A stretch of 32,000 nucleotides of DNA from Cylindrospermopsis raciborskii Cr2010. Lineage in GTDB: Bacteria > Cyanobacteriota > Cyanobacteriia > Cyanobacteriales > Nostocaceae. The DNA lies in NCBI RefSeq assembly GCF_003367075.2, contig NZ_CP065936.1, positions 1,500,001 through 1,532,000 on the forward strand, read 5' to 3'. Under the pieces are notes generated by a model. It made no database searches. It was given only the letters and a program-made list of their open reading frames with translations, and was not told the DNA's origin. The translations under genes and the position numbers were made by a program. This document shows positions 9,311 to 20,598 of the stretch, one piece after another; positions within the stretch are counted from its first letter, which is position 1; the number at the start of each line of letters is the position of its first letter.

Positions 9311-11929
9311 ATGTATACAACCCAAAAAACTACAAACCCAGTCAAAACTTCAGAAGATCTACAAATTCTCATTCAAGAGGTTAAAACAGCTCAAGCCAAA
9401 TATGCCGAATATACCCAAGAACGGGTAGATCACATTTTTAAACAAGCTGCTCGTGCTGCTAATGCGGGGAGAATACCCCTGGCCAAAATGGCAGTAGAAG
9501 AGACAGGAATGGGGGTTGTAGAAGATAAAGTAATTAAGAACCACTTTGCCTCCGAATATATCTACAACAAATACAAAAATGAAAAAACCTGTGGCATTAT
9601 CGAAGATGATAAACAGTTTGGAATTCAGCGAATTGCCGAACCTGTGGGCATATTAGCAGGGATTGTACCCACTACCAACCCCACCTCAACTGCTATTTTT
9701 AAAGCCTTACTGGCTCTTAAAACCCGTAATGGGATAATCTTTTCACCCCATCCTCGTGCCAAAAAATGCACAATTGAAGCGGCCAAAATAGTTCTGGATG
9801 CTGCAGTAGCAGCTGGAGCTCCTGCAGGAATTATTGGATGGATTGATGAACCAACAGTAGCATTATCACAACAGTTAATGCAGCATCCACAGATAAATTT
9901 AATTCTAGCCACTGGTGGACCTGCAATGGTTCGTGCAGCTTATTCTTCAGGTCATGCTTCCTTGGGTGTGGGTTCGGGTAATACCCCAGCAGTAATTGAT
10001 GAAACTGCCCATATTAAAATGGCAGTCTCTTCAATTTTGATTAGCAAGACTTTTGACAATGGCATGATTTGTGCTAGTGAGCAATCCGTAATAGTTTTAG
10101 ATGATGTTTACGAAGATGTGCGACAAGAATTTTTTAGCCGTGGTGCTTACTTCTTAAATGACCTAGAAAAGCAAAAGATTAGAGATTTAATTTTCATTAA
10201 TGGTCGGTTAAATCCAGAAATAGTTGGTCAATCTGTGGCCAAATTGGCTCAAATGTCTGGACTAGATATAGCTAAAGAAGCTAAAGTTTTAATTGCAGAA
10301 GTAGATGAAGTGGGCACCCAGGAACCATTATCTTATGAGAAACTTTCCCCCATTTTAGCTATGTACCGAGCCAAAAATTTTCTGGAAGCTGTAACTATAG
10401 CTGAAAAATTAATTGAGTTTGCTGGAATGGGACACACCTCTGTCCTTTATACAGCACCAGAAAGACGAGATAGAATTACGGAGTTTGAAAATACCCTGCG
10501 CACTAGTCGAGTGTTAGTTAATACGCCTTCATCTCAAGGTGCAATTGGTGATTTATATAACTTTCGTCTTGATCCCTCCCTTACTTTAGGGTGTGGTAGT
10601 TGGGGAAACAATTCCGTTAGTGATAATGTTGGTCCCCGTCACCTGATCAACATCAAAACTGTAACGGAAAGACGGGAGAACATGTTATGGTTTCGAGTTC
10701 CCCCAAAAGTATATTTCAAATATGGTTGTTTACCAGTTGCACTAGGGGACTTAAGAGGGAAAAGTCGGGCTTTGATTATTACAGATCAACCATTATTTGA
10801 ATTGGGAATCGCAACTAAAGTCAGCAGCGTACTGGAAGAAATTGGCATTAAGACCCAGGTGTTTTGTGATGTGGAACCTGATCCATCTTTAACTACGATT
10901 CATAAAGGACTAGCTCAAACTAATGGTTTTCAACCAGATGTAATTATTGCAGTTGGTGGTGGTTCCCCAATGGATGCAGCTAAGGTGATCTGGTTAATGT
11001 ATGAACATCCAGAAACGGAATTTGATGGGTTAGCGATGCGGTTTATGGATATTCGCAAACGAGTATACGAACTACCTAGCTTGGGACAAAAAGCCATATT
11101 TGTCGCCATTCCAACCACATCAGGAACCGGTTCAGAAGTGACACCATTTGCAGTGGTGACGGATGATCGAACGGGGATCAAATACCCTTTAGCTGATTAT
11201 GCACTAACTCCTAGTATGGCAATTGTGGATCCGGAATTAGTGCTAAATATGCCTAAGTCACTAACAGCTTATGGTGGAATTGACGCGCTGACTCATGCTC
11301 TTGAATCCTATGTTTCTATCTGCGCTTCTGAATACACTAAGGGATTGGCTTTAGAAGCAATTCGACTACTGTTTAAATACTTACCATCTGCATATAAAAA
11401 TGGAGTTAAAGATACTAAAGCTAGAGAAAAAGTTCATTATGCAGCTACAATAGCTGGCATGTCGTTTGCAAATGCTTTTTTGGGTATATGTCATTCCCTT
11501 GCCCATCAACTAGGTGCCCGATTCCATGTTCCCCATGGGTTGGCTAATGCTTTGATGATTTCCCATGTGATTCGCTACAATGCAACCGATGCACCTTTTA
11601 AACAGGCTATTTTTCCCCAATATGAATATCCAAATGCCAAGTGGCGCTATGCCAAAATTGCAGACCACTTACATTTGGGAGGTGCTACGGAAGATGAGAA
11701 GGTAGATCTATTAATTGCTGCTGTGGAAAAACTGAAACAGGATGTGGAGATTCCAGCAACTATTAAGGATGTGATTAAAACCGATGAAAAAACTTTCTAC
11801 GAGAAATTAGAAATAATGGCTGAGCAAGCATTTGATGATCAATGTACAGGTGCTAATCCCCGTTATCCACTGATTAGTGATTTACAGGATTTGTATATCA
11901 AGGCCTATTGGGGAAATTTGGGTCAATAA
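9311..11929 (+). CDS. adhE: Bifunctional acetaldehyde-CoA/alcohol dehydrogenase AdhE
   Basis: N-terminal aldehyde dehydrogenase half (NPTSTAIFKALLALKTRNGI...) and C-terminal Fe-ADH half (GGGSPMDAAKVIWL, GGIDALTHALESYVS). The track starts at a TTG (9269); the ATG at 9311 (MYTTQKTT) is the more conservative start. Confidence 0.95.
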   Translation: MYTTQKTTNPVKTSEDLQILIQEVKTAQAKYAEYTQERVDHIFKQAARAANAGRIPLAKMAVEETGMGVVEDKVIKNHFASEYIYNKYKNEKTCGIIEDDKQFGIQRIAEPVGILAGIVPTTNPTSTAIFKALLALKTRNGIIFSPHPRAKKCTIEAAKIVLDAAVAAGAPAGIIGWIDEPTVALSQQLMQHPQINLILATGGPAMVRAAYSSGHASLGVGSGNTPAVIDETAHIKMAVSSILISKTFDNGMICASEQSVIVLDDVYEDVRQEFFSRGAYFLNDLEKQKIRDLIFINGRLNPEIVGQSVAKLAQMSGLDIAKEAKVLIAEVDEVGTQEPLSYEKLSPILAMYRAKNFLEAVTIAEKLIEFAGMGHTSVLYTAPERRDRITEFENTLRTSRVLVNTPSSQGAIGDLYNFRLDPSLTLGCGSWGNNSVSDNVGPRHLINIKTVTERRENMLWFRVPPKVYFKYGCLPVALGDLRGKSRALIITDQPLFELGIATKVSSVLEEIGIKTQVFCDVEPDPSLTTIHKGLAQTNGFQPDVIIAVGGGSPMDAAKVIWLMYEHPETEFDGLAMRFMDIRKRVYELPSLGQKAIFVAIPTTSGTGSEVTPFAVVTDDRTGIKYPLADYALTPSMAIVDPELVLNMPKSLTAYGGIDALTHALESYVSICASEYTKGLALEAIRLLFKYLPSAYKNGVKDTKAREKVHYAATIAGMSFANAFLGICHSLAHQLGARFHVPHGLANALMISHVIRYNATDAPFKQAIFPQYEYPNAKWRYAKIADHLHLGGATEDEKVDLLIAAVEKLKQDVEIPATIKDVIKTDEKTFYEKLEIMAEQAFDDQCTGANPRYPLISDLQDLYIKAYWGNLGQ

Positions 11930-11987
11930 ATAAAGAAGGGAAATGGGGAATATGTGAGAATTGAATTAGATGACATTGGAGGTAATT

Positions 11988-14264
11988 ATGATAGCAAATG
12001 TAGAACATTCAACGCAAAATATATCCGACAGTAATTTACATCCACAGTGGCAAGATTTTTGTGGTGGTAACTGGGATGAACAAATTAATGTTCGGGATTT
12101 TATTCAATGTAATTATCAACCCTATACGGGAGATGATAGCTTTTTAACTGCTCCAACTGAACGCACTCAGAAATTATGGACTATGGTCTGTGATTTGATG
12201 AAATTAGAGCGAGAAAAAGGAATCTTAGATGCTGATACTAAAGTGCCATCAAATATTGTTTCTCATGCTCCCGGTTATATTGATTCTCATCTAGAGCAGA
12301 TTGTGGGGTTACAAACGGAAAAACCCCTAAAACGAGCTATTATGCCTTTTGGTGGTATTCGGGTGGTAAAAAACTCCTTAGAATCCTACGGTTATCACCT
12401 TGATGCTCAAACGGAAGAAACATTCACAAAATATCGTAAAACCCATAATGATGGTGTTTTTGACGGTTACACCCAAGAAATGAAATTGGCTAGACATTCT
12501 GGGATTATTACTGGATTACCAGATGCTTATGGGAGAGGAAGAATTATTGGTGATTATCGTCGGGTAGCATTGTATGGAGTTGATCGGTTAATTCTGGATA
12601 AAAAAGAACAGTTAGCCTCATTAGAATCAGATGATATGCTAGAGTCTACAATTAGACTACATGAGGAACTTGTTGAGCAAATTCGAGCCTTAACAGAATT
12701 GAAAGTTATGGCTAATAGCCACGGATTTGATATTAGTTTACCTGCTGCTAGTGCTAAGGAAGCTGTACAGTGGACATACTTTGCTTATTTGGGTGCTGTT
12801 AAAGAACAAAATGGTGCAGCTATGTCCTTGGGTAGGGTTTCTACATTCCTAGATATCTACTTTCATCGCGATTTAAAAAATGGGATTCTGACAGAATCTG
12901 AAGCTCAGGAAATCATCGATCATTTTGTAATTAAACTGCGCATGGTAAGGTTTTTAAGAACGCCTGAATATAATCAATTATTCTCCGGTGATCCCACCTG
13001 GGTAACAGAATGTATTGGTGGAATGGGTGAAGATGGTAGGACTCTGGTGACAAAAAGTAGTTTCCGATTTCTCCACACCTTATCTAATTTAGGCACTGCA
13101 CCAGAACCAAATTTAACTATCTTGTGGTCACAGGATTTGCCGATTAATTTTAAACATTTTTGCACCAAGGTATCTATTAACAGCAGTTCCATTCAGTACG
13201 AAAATGATGATCTCATGCGCCCAGAATATGGGGATGATTATGGCATTGCTTGCTGTGTTTCTGCCATGAAAATTGGTAAACAAATGCAATTTTTTGGAGC
13301 TCGTGCCAACTTAGCTAAGGCTTTATTATATGCTATTAATGGTGGTAAAGATGAAAAAACTGGGCAGTTAATTGTTGCAGGTTTTGATGCCATTACTTCA
13401 GAATATTTGGATTACTCAGAAGTAGTAGATAAGTTTGATAAAATTATGAACTGGTTGGCTAGGTTATATGTAAACACGCTCAATGTGATTCACTATATGC
13501 ACGATAAATACTGTTATGAACGTTTGGAAATGGCGTTACATGATCGTGATATTTATCGAACCTTGGCTTGTGGAATTGCTGGCTTATCCGTAGTAGTAGA
13601 TTCCCTTTCAGCAATTAAATATGCCAAAGTCAAGGTAATTCGAGATGAAAAAGGCTTGGCAATAGATTATGCTATTGAGGGGAATTATCCTCAGTTTGGT
13701 AATAATGACCATCAAGTTGACGAAATAGCTGTCAATCTTGTTCGCAGTTTTATGGATAAACTGCGTCAACAAAAAACCTATCGTCAAGCAGTACCAACCC
13801 AATCAATTTTAACAATTACCTCCAATGTGGTTTATGGCAAAATAACTGGTAACACCCCTGATGGGAGAAAAGCTGGCGAACCTTTTGCTCCCGGAGCAAA
13901 TCCCCTACATGGTAGAGATACAAAAGGAGCGATCGCATCTTTAGAATCCGTAGCCAAACTTCCTTATCAACACGCTCAAGATGGAATTTCTTACACTTTT
14001 TCTATTGTTCCCAATGCTTTAGGTAAAAATTCCCAAGACAAAATTAATAATCTACGAGGAATGCTGGATGCTTATTTCTATAATGGTGGTCATCATATCA
14101 ATGTCAACGTTCTAGACCAAGATATACTTGTTGATGCTATGGAACATCCAGAAAAATATCCTCAACTGACAATTCGTGTTTCTGGATATGCTGTAAATTT
14201 CATTAAGTTAACTCGGGAACAGCAATTAGATGTGATTAAACGGACATTCCACAAAAGCATTTAA
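11988..14264 (+). CDS. pflB: Formate C-acetyltransferase (pyruvate formate-lyase)
   Basis: Active-site [10 protein letters not shown] and glycyl-radical loop [17 protein letters not shown] lies just upstream of the ATG at 11988; the track's 11970 ATG is an alternative start. Confidence 0.97.
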   Translation: MIANVEHSTQNISDSNLHPQWQDFCGGNWDEQINVRDFIQCNYQPYTGDDSFLTAPTERTQKLWTMVCDLMKLEREKGILDADTKVPSNIVSHAPGYIDSHLEQIVGLQTEKPLKRAIMPFGGIRVVKNSLESYGYHLDAQTEETFTKYRKTHNDGVFDGYTQEMKLARHSGIITGLPDAYGRGRIIGDYRRVALYGVDRLILDKKEQLASLESDDMLESTIRLHEELVEQIRALTELKVMANSHGFDISLPAASAKEAVQWTYFAYLGAVKEQNGAAMSLGRVSTFLDIYFHRDLKNGILTESEAQEIIDHFVIKLRMVRFLRTPEYNQLFSGDPTWVTECIGGMGEDGRTLVTKSSFRFLHTLSNLGTAPEPNLTILWSQDLPINFKHFCTKVSINSSSIQYENDDLMRPEYGDDYGIACCVSAMKIGKQMQFFGARANLAKALLYAINGGKDEKTGQLIVAGFDAITSEYLDYSEVVDKFDKIMNWLARLYVNTLNVIHYMHDKYCYERLEMALHDRDIYRTLACGIAGLSVVVDSLSAIKYAKVKVIRDEKGLAIDYAIEGNYPQFGNNDHQVDEIAVNLVRSFMDKLRQQKTYRQAVPTQSILTITSNVVYGKITGNTPDGRKAGEPFAPGANPLHGRDTKGAIASLESVAKLPYQHAQDGISYTFSIVPNALGKNSQDKINNLRGMLDAYFYNGGHHINVNVLDQDILVDAMEHPEKYPQLTIRVSGYAVNFIKLTREQQLDVIKRTFHKSI

Positions 14265-14297
14265 CATCCAACAATTCTGATAAAAAAGGTAAAAACT

Positions 14298-14744
14298 ATG
14301 GGAACCGCAATAGTCATTGGTTATGGTAACGAATTATTTGGTGATGACGGAATAGGACCACTAATAGCCAAAGTGATACAAAGGTGGCGTTTACCATGCG
14401 TCCAATCACTTGCGGTTCACCAGTTAACACCTGAACTAGCTGAACCCATAGCTAATTCTCGATTAGCAATTTTTGTGGACACTTGTATTAATTCCCTGTA
14501 TAATCAGGTTCAGGTACAATCACTATTACCATCACCGCTGAATTACACTCACACCCATAGCAGTGATCCACAATCTCTACTAACTTTATCTCAATTTCTC
14601 TATGGTAATTGTCCTTCCGCGTGGTTAGTCATAGTCCCAGGAGAAAAATTTCAATTGGGTGACCCTATTTCACCCCTGGGAAAAAAGGCCATAGGGATCG
14701 CCCTCAATAAAATCACTCAAAAACTAGACACATTAGTTCATTGA
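14298..14744 (+). CDS. Hydrogenase maturation protease (HoxW/HycI-like)
   Basis: 148 aa. Start IVIGYGNELFGDDGIGP, then AVHQLTPELAEPIA; central D in IFVDTC. Confidence 0.85.
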   Translation: MGTAIVIGYGNELFGDDGIGPLIAKVIQRWRLPCVQSLAVHQLTPELAEPIANSRLAIFVDTCINSLYNQVQVQSLLPSPLNYTHTHSSDPQSLLTLSQFLYGNCPSAWLVIVPGEKFQLGDPISPLGKKAIGIALNKITQKLDTLVH

Positions 14745-14780
14745 TTGAGGTAAGTACATGTTAAAAAACAAGGAGCAGTC

Positions 14781-17549
14781 ATGGAAACATCTATACCCTT
14801 GAGATTAGATAAAGCATCTGATATATTGCGCACTGAGAAAACTAGTGCACTGGATGGGATCTTTGCACCCCAAACCGTAGCAGTTATTGGTGCAAGTGAA
14901 AAACCTGGGAGTGTGGGTAGAACCTTGTTATGGAACTTAATTACCAATCCATTCAATGGTACAGTTTTCCCCATTAATCCCCATCGTCACAGTGTATTGG
15001 GTATAAAAGCCTATCCAACAATTTTTGATATTTCCGAAAAAATTGACCTAGCTGTAATTGCTACTCCTGCACCCACAGTGCCAAAAATTATTGCCGACTG
15101 CGTGCAAGCTGGAATCAAAGGAGCAATTATTATTTCTGCTGGTTTTAAGGAAGCAGGTGAAAAAGGAATTGCTTTAGAGAAAGAAATATTATCTGTAGCA
15201 CAGGGAGGAAAGATCAGAATTATTGGACCAAACTGTTTAGGAATGATGAATCCCATTTCTGGTTTAAACGCCACCTTTGCTAGTAAAATGGCCCAACCAG
15301 GGAGTGTGGGTTTTCTGAGTCAAAGTGGTGCATTATGCACATCAATTTTGGACTGGAGTTTACAGGAAAATGTAGGTTTTAGCGCCTTTGTTTCCCTAGG
15401 TTCAATGTTAGATATTAGTTGGGGAGACTTAATTTATTATCTAGGAGACGATCCCCACACTAAAAGTATAGTTATTTATATGGAATCTATTGGTAATGCT
15501 CGTTCTTTTTTATCAGCAGCACGGGAAGTAGCATTAACCAAACCAATTATAGTAATTAAAGCAGGTCGTACAGCAGCAGCAGCAAAAGCAGCAGCTTCCC
15601 ATACGGGTTCATTAGCAGGAAGTGATGCGGTTTTAGATGCAGCATTTAAAAGATGTGGAGTATTAAGGGTTAATAGTATTTCTGATTTATTTGATATGTC
15701 AGAAGTATTAGCAAAACAACCTTATCCTCAAGGTCCTAGATTAACCATTCTCACCAATGCGGGTGGACCGGGAGTATTAGCGACGGACTCATTGATAGAA
15801 AGTGGGGGAGAACTAGCAGCAATTTCTCCCCAAACTATGGAAAATTTAAATCATATATTACCTCCCCAATGGAGTCATAATAACCCCATAGATATTTTGG
15901 GAGATGCGGATCCACAACGTTATACAAAAGCCTTAGAAATTGCCAGTAAGGATACCAATAGTGATGGTTTATTAGTAATTTTGACTCCTCAAGCTATGAC
16001 TGATCCCACCAAGATTGCTGAGGAATTAAAGCCCTATTCTCAAATGCAGGACAAACCTATTTTAGCCAGTTGGATGGGTGGAGAGGATATTGCAGAAGGG
16101 CAAAAAATTCTCAACCTTGAGGGGATTCCCACATATTCCTATCCTGATACTGCTGCTAGGATATTTAGTTATATGTGGCGCTATAGTTATAACTTAAAGG
16201 GTATTTATGAAACCCCCGTATTACCCGCATTGGAATGTGATAGTAATACTCGCAATTGTGGTTTAGTGACAACTATTATTGCAGAAGCTAGAAAAGCGGG
16301 AAGAACAATTTTAACTGAATTTGAATCCAAGGAAATTTTAGCAGCTTATGGCATTCCAGTAGTGGGAGGAACCATTGCCAAAAGTGCACAAGAAGCGATA
16401 GAATGGGCGGAAAAAATTGGCTATCCTGTAGTATTAAAATTGTATTCCCATACAATTACCCATAAAACGGATGTGGGGGGAGTTCAGTTAAATTTAAGAA
16501 ATGCTGAATCAGTAAAAAAAGCCTATCATTTTATAGAAACCTCAGTTTTAGAAAAAGCTAGACCAGAGGATTTTTTAGGTGTAACCGTACAACCCATGGT
16601 CAAAACTAATGGGTATGAATTAATTATTGGTAGTAGTCTGGATCCCCAATTTGGTCCAGTATTATTATTTGGCACCGGAGGACAATTGGTAGAAGTCTTT
16701 CAAGATAGTTCTATTGCTCTACCACCCCTAAATACCACCCTAGCACGTCGGATGATGGAGCAGACTAAAATTTATCAAGCTTTAAGGGGGGTCAGGGGTA
16801 GACAAAGTATTGATATGCAAGCTTTAGAGGAACTGTTAGTAGTCTTTAGTCATTTGGTAGTAGAACAACCGTGGATTAAAGAAATAGATATTAATCCTTT
16901 ATTAGCAATTCCCCCCACACCCGATCATCCAGGTGGTTTAATCGCATTAGATGGCAGAATAGTATTACATCCAGCTGAGATGGAAGAGCAGCAATTACCT
17001 AAATTAGCAATTCGTCCCTATCCCCATCAATATGTGTCCAATTGGAGATTGAAAAATGGTAGGGAGGTGATTATTCGTCCTATTCGTCCTGAGGATGAAC
17101 CATTGATGGTCAAATTTCATCACACATTATCGGAAGAAACTATTTATTTTCGTTATTTTCATCTAATCAAATTAAGTCAAAGAGTTACCCATGAAAGACT
17201 GACCAGGATCTGTTTTATTGATTATGACCGGGAAATGGCCTTAATTGCTGAACAGGAAGACCCACATACTCAACAGAAGGAAATTTTAGCAGTAGGAAGA
17301 TTAAGTAAATTACATGGTAGTAATAGTGCGGAATTTGCCATGCTGGTCACTGATGGTTACCAGCGCAACGGGTTAGGTACAGAAATTCTCACAAGGTTAA
17401 TGGAAATAGCCAAGAATGAGAAAATATCTGTGATTTTTGCTGAGATCCTAGCAGAAAATATAGCCATGCAGAAGGTATGTCAAAACTTGGGTTTTGAGAT
17501 TTTTCCAACTGAGGATGGAACTATCTTGAAAGCAGAAATCTATCTATAA
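14781..17549 (+). CDS. NDP-forming acetate/acyl-CoA synthetase fused to a C-terminal GNAT acetyltransferase domain
   Basis: 922 aa. [13 protein letters not shown] CoA-binding fold, [20 protein letters not shown]-grasp [11 protein letters not shown]...[16 protein letters not shown]-terminal [31 protein letters not shown] motif. Confidence 0.92.
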   Translation: METSIPLRLDKASDILRTEKTSALDGIFAPQTVAVIGASEKPGSVGRTLLWNLITNPFNGTVFPINPHRHSVLGIKAYPTIFDISEKIDLAVIATPAPTVPKIIADCVQAGIKGAIIISAGFKEAGEKGIALEKEILSVAQGGKIRIIGPNCLGMMNPISGLNATFASKMAQPGSVGFLSQSGALCTSILDWSLQENVGFSAFVSLGSMLDISWGDLIYYLGDDPHTKSIVIYMESIGNARSFLSAAREVALTKPIIVIKAGRTAAAAKAAASHTGSLAGSDAVLDAAFKRCGVLRVNSISDLFDMSEVLAKQPYPQGPRLTILTNAGGPGVLATDSLIESGGELAAISPQTMENLNHILPPQWSHNNPIDILGDADPQRYTKALEIASKDTNSDGLLVILTPQAMTDPTKIAEELKPYSQMQDKPILASWMGGEDIAEGQKILNLEGIPTYSYPDTAARIFSYMWRYSYNLKGIYETPVLPALECDSNTRNCGLVTTIIAEARKAGRTILTEFESKEILAAYGIPVVGGTIAKSAQEAIEWAEKIGYPVVLKLYSHTITHKTDVGGVQLNLRNAESVKKAYHFIETSVLEKARPEDFLGVTVQPMVKTNGYELIIGSSLDPQFGPVLLFGTGGQLVEVFQDSSIALPPLNTTLARRMMEQTKIYQALRGVRGRQSIDMQALEELLVVFSHLVVEQPWIKEIDINPLLAIPPTPDHPGGLIALDGRIVLHPAEMEEQQLPKLAIRPYPHQYVSNWRLKNGREVIIRPIRPEDEPLMVKFHHTLSEETIYFRYFHLIKLSQRVTHERLTRICFIDYDREMALIAEQEDPHTQQKEILAVGRLSKLHGSNSAEFAMLVTDGYQRNGLGTEILTRLMEIAKNEKISVIFAEILAENIAMQKVCQNLGFEIFPTEDGTILKAEIYL

Positions 17550-17550
17550 C

Positions 17551-17660
17551 TGGGTGGGTAGAATTAAATATAAGATGAACGTAGGTTGGGTTGAAGTATG
17601 AAACCCAACGCCCGCATGGGTCTCGTTCCTCCACCCATCCTACAAATAATTGTGCCTCCC
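17551..17660. repeat. Dispersed MITE-like element, inverted relative to the 25843 copy
   Basis: Reverse complement reads GGGAGGCACAATTATTTGTAGGATGGGT...ACCCATGCGGGCGTTGGGTTTCATACTTCAACCCAACCTACGTTCATCTTATATTTAATTCTACCCACCCA. It begins directly after the stop codon of the upstream gene. Confidence 0.8.
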
Positions 17661-17830
17661 TAATTACTAAGATCTGACATCGAGGTTGGAAATTGAGGAG
17701 CTCGCTTTTGGGATTTATTTTGATTTACGGAACTAATCCCAGATTTAATAAAGTTCACAAATACTTGTTCAACTTTTTCATATTCCTCCAATTTTAGAGA
17801 TGGCGATGGTGCCCCAACTACCTGAACCAT
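17660..17830 (-). CDS. Possible small ORF (56 aa), may be a remnant
   Basis: MVQVVGAPSPSLKLEEYEKVEQVFVNFIKSGISSVNQNKSQKRAPQFPTSMSDLSN*. The stop lies at the edge of the dispersed repeat. Confidence 0.25.
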   Translation of the reverse strand: MVQVVGAPSPSLKLEEYEKVEQVFVNFIKSGISSVNQNKSQKRAPQFPTSMSDLSN

Positions 17831-17871
17831 TTTTTTAAAAACTATAAGGAATCAGGGCTAAGAGGTGTTCA

Positions 17872-18912
17872 TCATCTAATCCTCACAAATCCAGATTTTT
17901 CAATTAATTCCTGACCCTCATTGGTTAAAAGCCAGTTGGCGTATGCTTCTCCCACCTGTTGATCTATTTGATTATTCTGCTTAGTTATAACAAACAAATT
18001 TCGGGTTATGGGATAGTTACCATTGCGAAAATCTTCAATGTTTAACCGGTTGCGCTCTTTAGGACAGTTGAAGCGAGGAACCTCTGGTTTTTGATAGGGC
18101 GCTATAAATTTTCCACTAACTCTACCCACTGGTAAGGATTTGACCCCACATTGGGGAACAACCTCGGGTGCAGAACCATAGTAAATTCCCCCGGGAGTAG
18201 CATCTATTTTCCTCAGAGCTTCCGTTGTCGTACCAATATAAATTACCTGAGCGCCAAAGTTCTCCTTATTTAGGATATTTTCCACAAAAAACTCCACTGT
18301 ACCGCCAGCTTGTTTATCACGAGAGATGGGCTTAATCCCTAAATTAGGACCCCCTACCTGTTGCCAATTGGTAATTTTACCGGTATAAATATCTTTGATT
18401 TGAACAATGGTTAGTCCAGGAATATTCAAACTATGATTAACTGCGATCGCAATGCCATCAATTCCCACAGGAATCTCTCGCAGACTAAAACCTTTTTGTT
18501 GAGCTTTGACATTTTCTTCTGGTTTTAATGGACGGGAAGACTGAGAAAAAGTTAGTTGATTATCTATCAACATTCGAATACCTGTTCCTGAACCTGGACT
18601 CTGATTTACAGGTTGGGTGTAGCGCAGGATAAACTGGGGGCAATTCCGCTGCAAAATACTATCAGCAATTGTACGCACGGGTGCCCAGGTTGTACTTCCA
18701 CCATAGCTATATGTTCCTTCTAGTGAGTTTGATATATCACAAGTGTTAAAAACCTTGAAAATATTAAATTTTTGGGCTGAGTTTTGATTATTAGTTTGAT
18801 GGTTCACAATTTGTCCCCACCGTTCCATTAGAAACCATGAACCTCCAAAAATTAGGGTGGTGGTAGCAACTAGAGATAGCAGATTAATTAAGGTTTGGTT
18901 TTTTTGAGTCAT
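17872..18912 (-). CDS. Phosphate ABC transporter substrate-binding protein-like (PstS family)
   Basis: 346 aa. N-terminal TM/signal segment, SLEGTYSYGGSTTWAPV, SGTGIRMLIDNQLTF, GIAIAVNH, DKQAGGTVEFF; C-terminal NWLLTNEGQELIEKSGFVRI. Confidence 0.85.
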   Translation of the reverse strand: MTQKNQTLINLLSLVATTTLIFGGSWFLMERWGQIVNHQTNNQNSAQKFNIFKVFNTCDISNSLEGTYSYGGSTTWAPVRTIADSILQRNCPQFILRYTQPVNQSPGSGTGIRMLIDNQLTFSQSSRPLKPEENVKAQQKGFSLREIPVGIDGIAIAVNHSLNIPGLTIVQIKDIYTGKITNWQQVGGPNLGIKPISRDKQAGGTVEFFVENILNKENFGAQVIYIGTTTEALRKIDATPGGIYYGSAPEVVPQCGVKSLPVGRVSGKFIAPYQKPEVPRFNCPKERNRLNIEDFRNGNYPITRNLFVITKQNNQIDQQVGEAYANWLLTNEGQELIEKSGFVRIR

Positions 18913-18940
18913 AAGTAGTTTTTTACCCTTTTTAAGTTCT

Positions 18941-20293
18941 TCAAAGAATTGTTGATAGAATTTTATGAATCAGACTAAATAAGGTAATTGCGCCAATACA
19001 AATCAATGCAGAGGCTATACCTAACACAACCACTATTTGAATATCTAACCCCCCTGGCAATAAAGCAATCAAGAATATGACTAAAAAACTAATTAATAGA
19101 ATAAGTAACAGGTCTTTTACCGCTAACCACCCCTGACTTTGCACCACCACTAAACTGCTTACCATCACTAGGGAAATAGCCAGTCTAATTATCGGTGTCT
19201 CGACTAAAAGACCAACCGCAATTACAATTAATGCTCCCTCAAAACCAGTAACGGCGCCTCTCAATAGCAATTCCCCAAATGAAAACTTTTTAACCATTAG
19301 GCCTTTAAAAGGGAGATTCGATGGCTGGGGTTGATCAGGTATGGTTATGGAAGGTATTAAAGCTGATAATACCTCTGTAGCTGAACTAAAACGTTCATTA
19401 ATAGCAGGCATCAGCATTTTATCTAGTATACCACTTAGATGGGGACTAATTTTTACCTCCTGTCGCCATCGCCACTGATTGATCTGGGGATCAAATAACT
19501 CTGTGGCTTCTTTTCCAGTGAGTAGAGTTAGAATTGTTACCCCAAGTGCATATATGTCTGTAGAAGGAAACACCTGACCTCTGGTTGTCTGTTCTGGCGC
19601 AGCAAAGCCTGGAGTATAAATAGCAGTGGAAGCACTAGATACTTTAGCACTAGTGACTTGTTTAACAGAGCCAAAATCTAACAAAAATAGTCTACCATCT
19701 TGTCGGCGCATAATATTAGATGGTTTAATATCTCTATGAATAATACCTCTATCGTGGATAAATTGTAGGACGGGTAAAATTTCTTTGAGAATAACCAAGA
19801 CCTCTGTTTCGGAAAAATTGCCTCGATGCTGTAGTTCCTCTTCAAGATTTTTTCCGTCAATATATTCTTGTACCAGATAAAAAAACTGATCTTGTCTTCC
19901 CGGTTGCAAGCTAGGAACCACTACGGGAAAGAACGCAAATAAATAGGGAATTTGGTCATGGTTCATACCAACATCGGCTAGAACCGTTGCTTCTCTTTCA
20001 AATAACTCTTGTGCTAGATCTAACTGAGCCGCATTCAAGCTTGTGGACGGTTGAAATTGTTTAACTACACAATTTGGTATTCCCGGGATACGGCGATCCC
20101 GTGCCAAAAATGCTGCTCCGAATCCTCCTATTCCCAGTAATTTTACAGGCAGATAGCGACCATCTAATAACAGTGGCATACCACAACTAACACAGTATTT
20201 TTGTTGGGTAGCTTGCAGGGTAGTAATGTTGTCTAAGTCCGGGAAGTAATTTTGCGGACGTGGACAGTGAGGACGAGTGCAGTAGACTTCCAT
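18941..20293 (-). CDS. Ser/Thr protein kinase with N-terminal four-Cys zinc-ribbon-like motif and C-terminal TM segments
   Basis: 450 aa. CTRPHCPRP...CVSCGMPL, GIGGFGAAFLARDRR, IIHRDIKPSNIM, LLDFGSVKQV, TPGFAAPEQ, then hydrophobic C-terminus. Confidence 0.93.
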   Translation of the reverse strand: MEVYCTRPHCPRPQNYFPDLDNITTLQATQQKYCVSCGMPLLLDGRYLPVKLLGIGGFGAAFLARDRRIPGIPNCVVKQFQPSTSLNAAQLDLAQELFEREATVLADVGMNHDQIPYLFAFFPVVVPSLQPGRQDQFFYLVQEYIDGKNLEEELQHRGNFSETEVLVILKEILPVLQFIHDRGIIHRDIKPSNIMRRQDGRLFLLDFGSVKQVTSAKVSSASTAIYTPGFAAPEQTTRGQVFPSTDIYALGVTILTLLTGKEATELFDPQINQWRWRQEVKISPHLSGILDKMLMPAINERFSSATEVLSALIPSITIPDQPQPSNLPFKGLMVKKFSFGELLLRGAVTGFEGALIVIAVGLLVETPIIRLAISLVMVSSLVVVQSQGWLAVKDLLLILLISFLVIFLIALLPGGLDIQIVVVLGIASALICIGAITLFSLIHKILSTIL

Positions 20294-20598
20294 ATCATTA
20301 GTTATAAGGTATTCATAGGCGTAAAAATAATACTAATCACTTGACATTATAGCTGCTTGCAGGTTTAAATTACCGAGAGAGTTATCAAACTTTACCTATT
20401 TCCGGCAAAAAATACCGCTAATTCAAATTTAAGCTGTAGCTTAAACTACTTCAAATTTAGAATTGCTGGGGGTTGACTGGCAAATTTCACCATGATATAC
20501 TCGTGTGCTATAATGATAAAATCTGTGCCCCCATATAATTGACTCCGCTCATTAACGTCTGATATTTCCCAAAGACTAACTCAAAAATTAAAATCACT

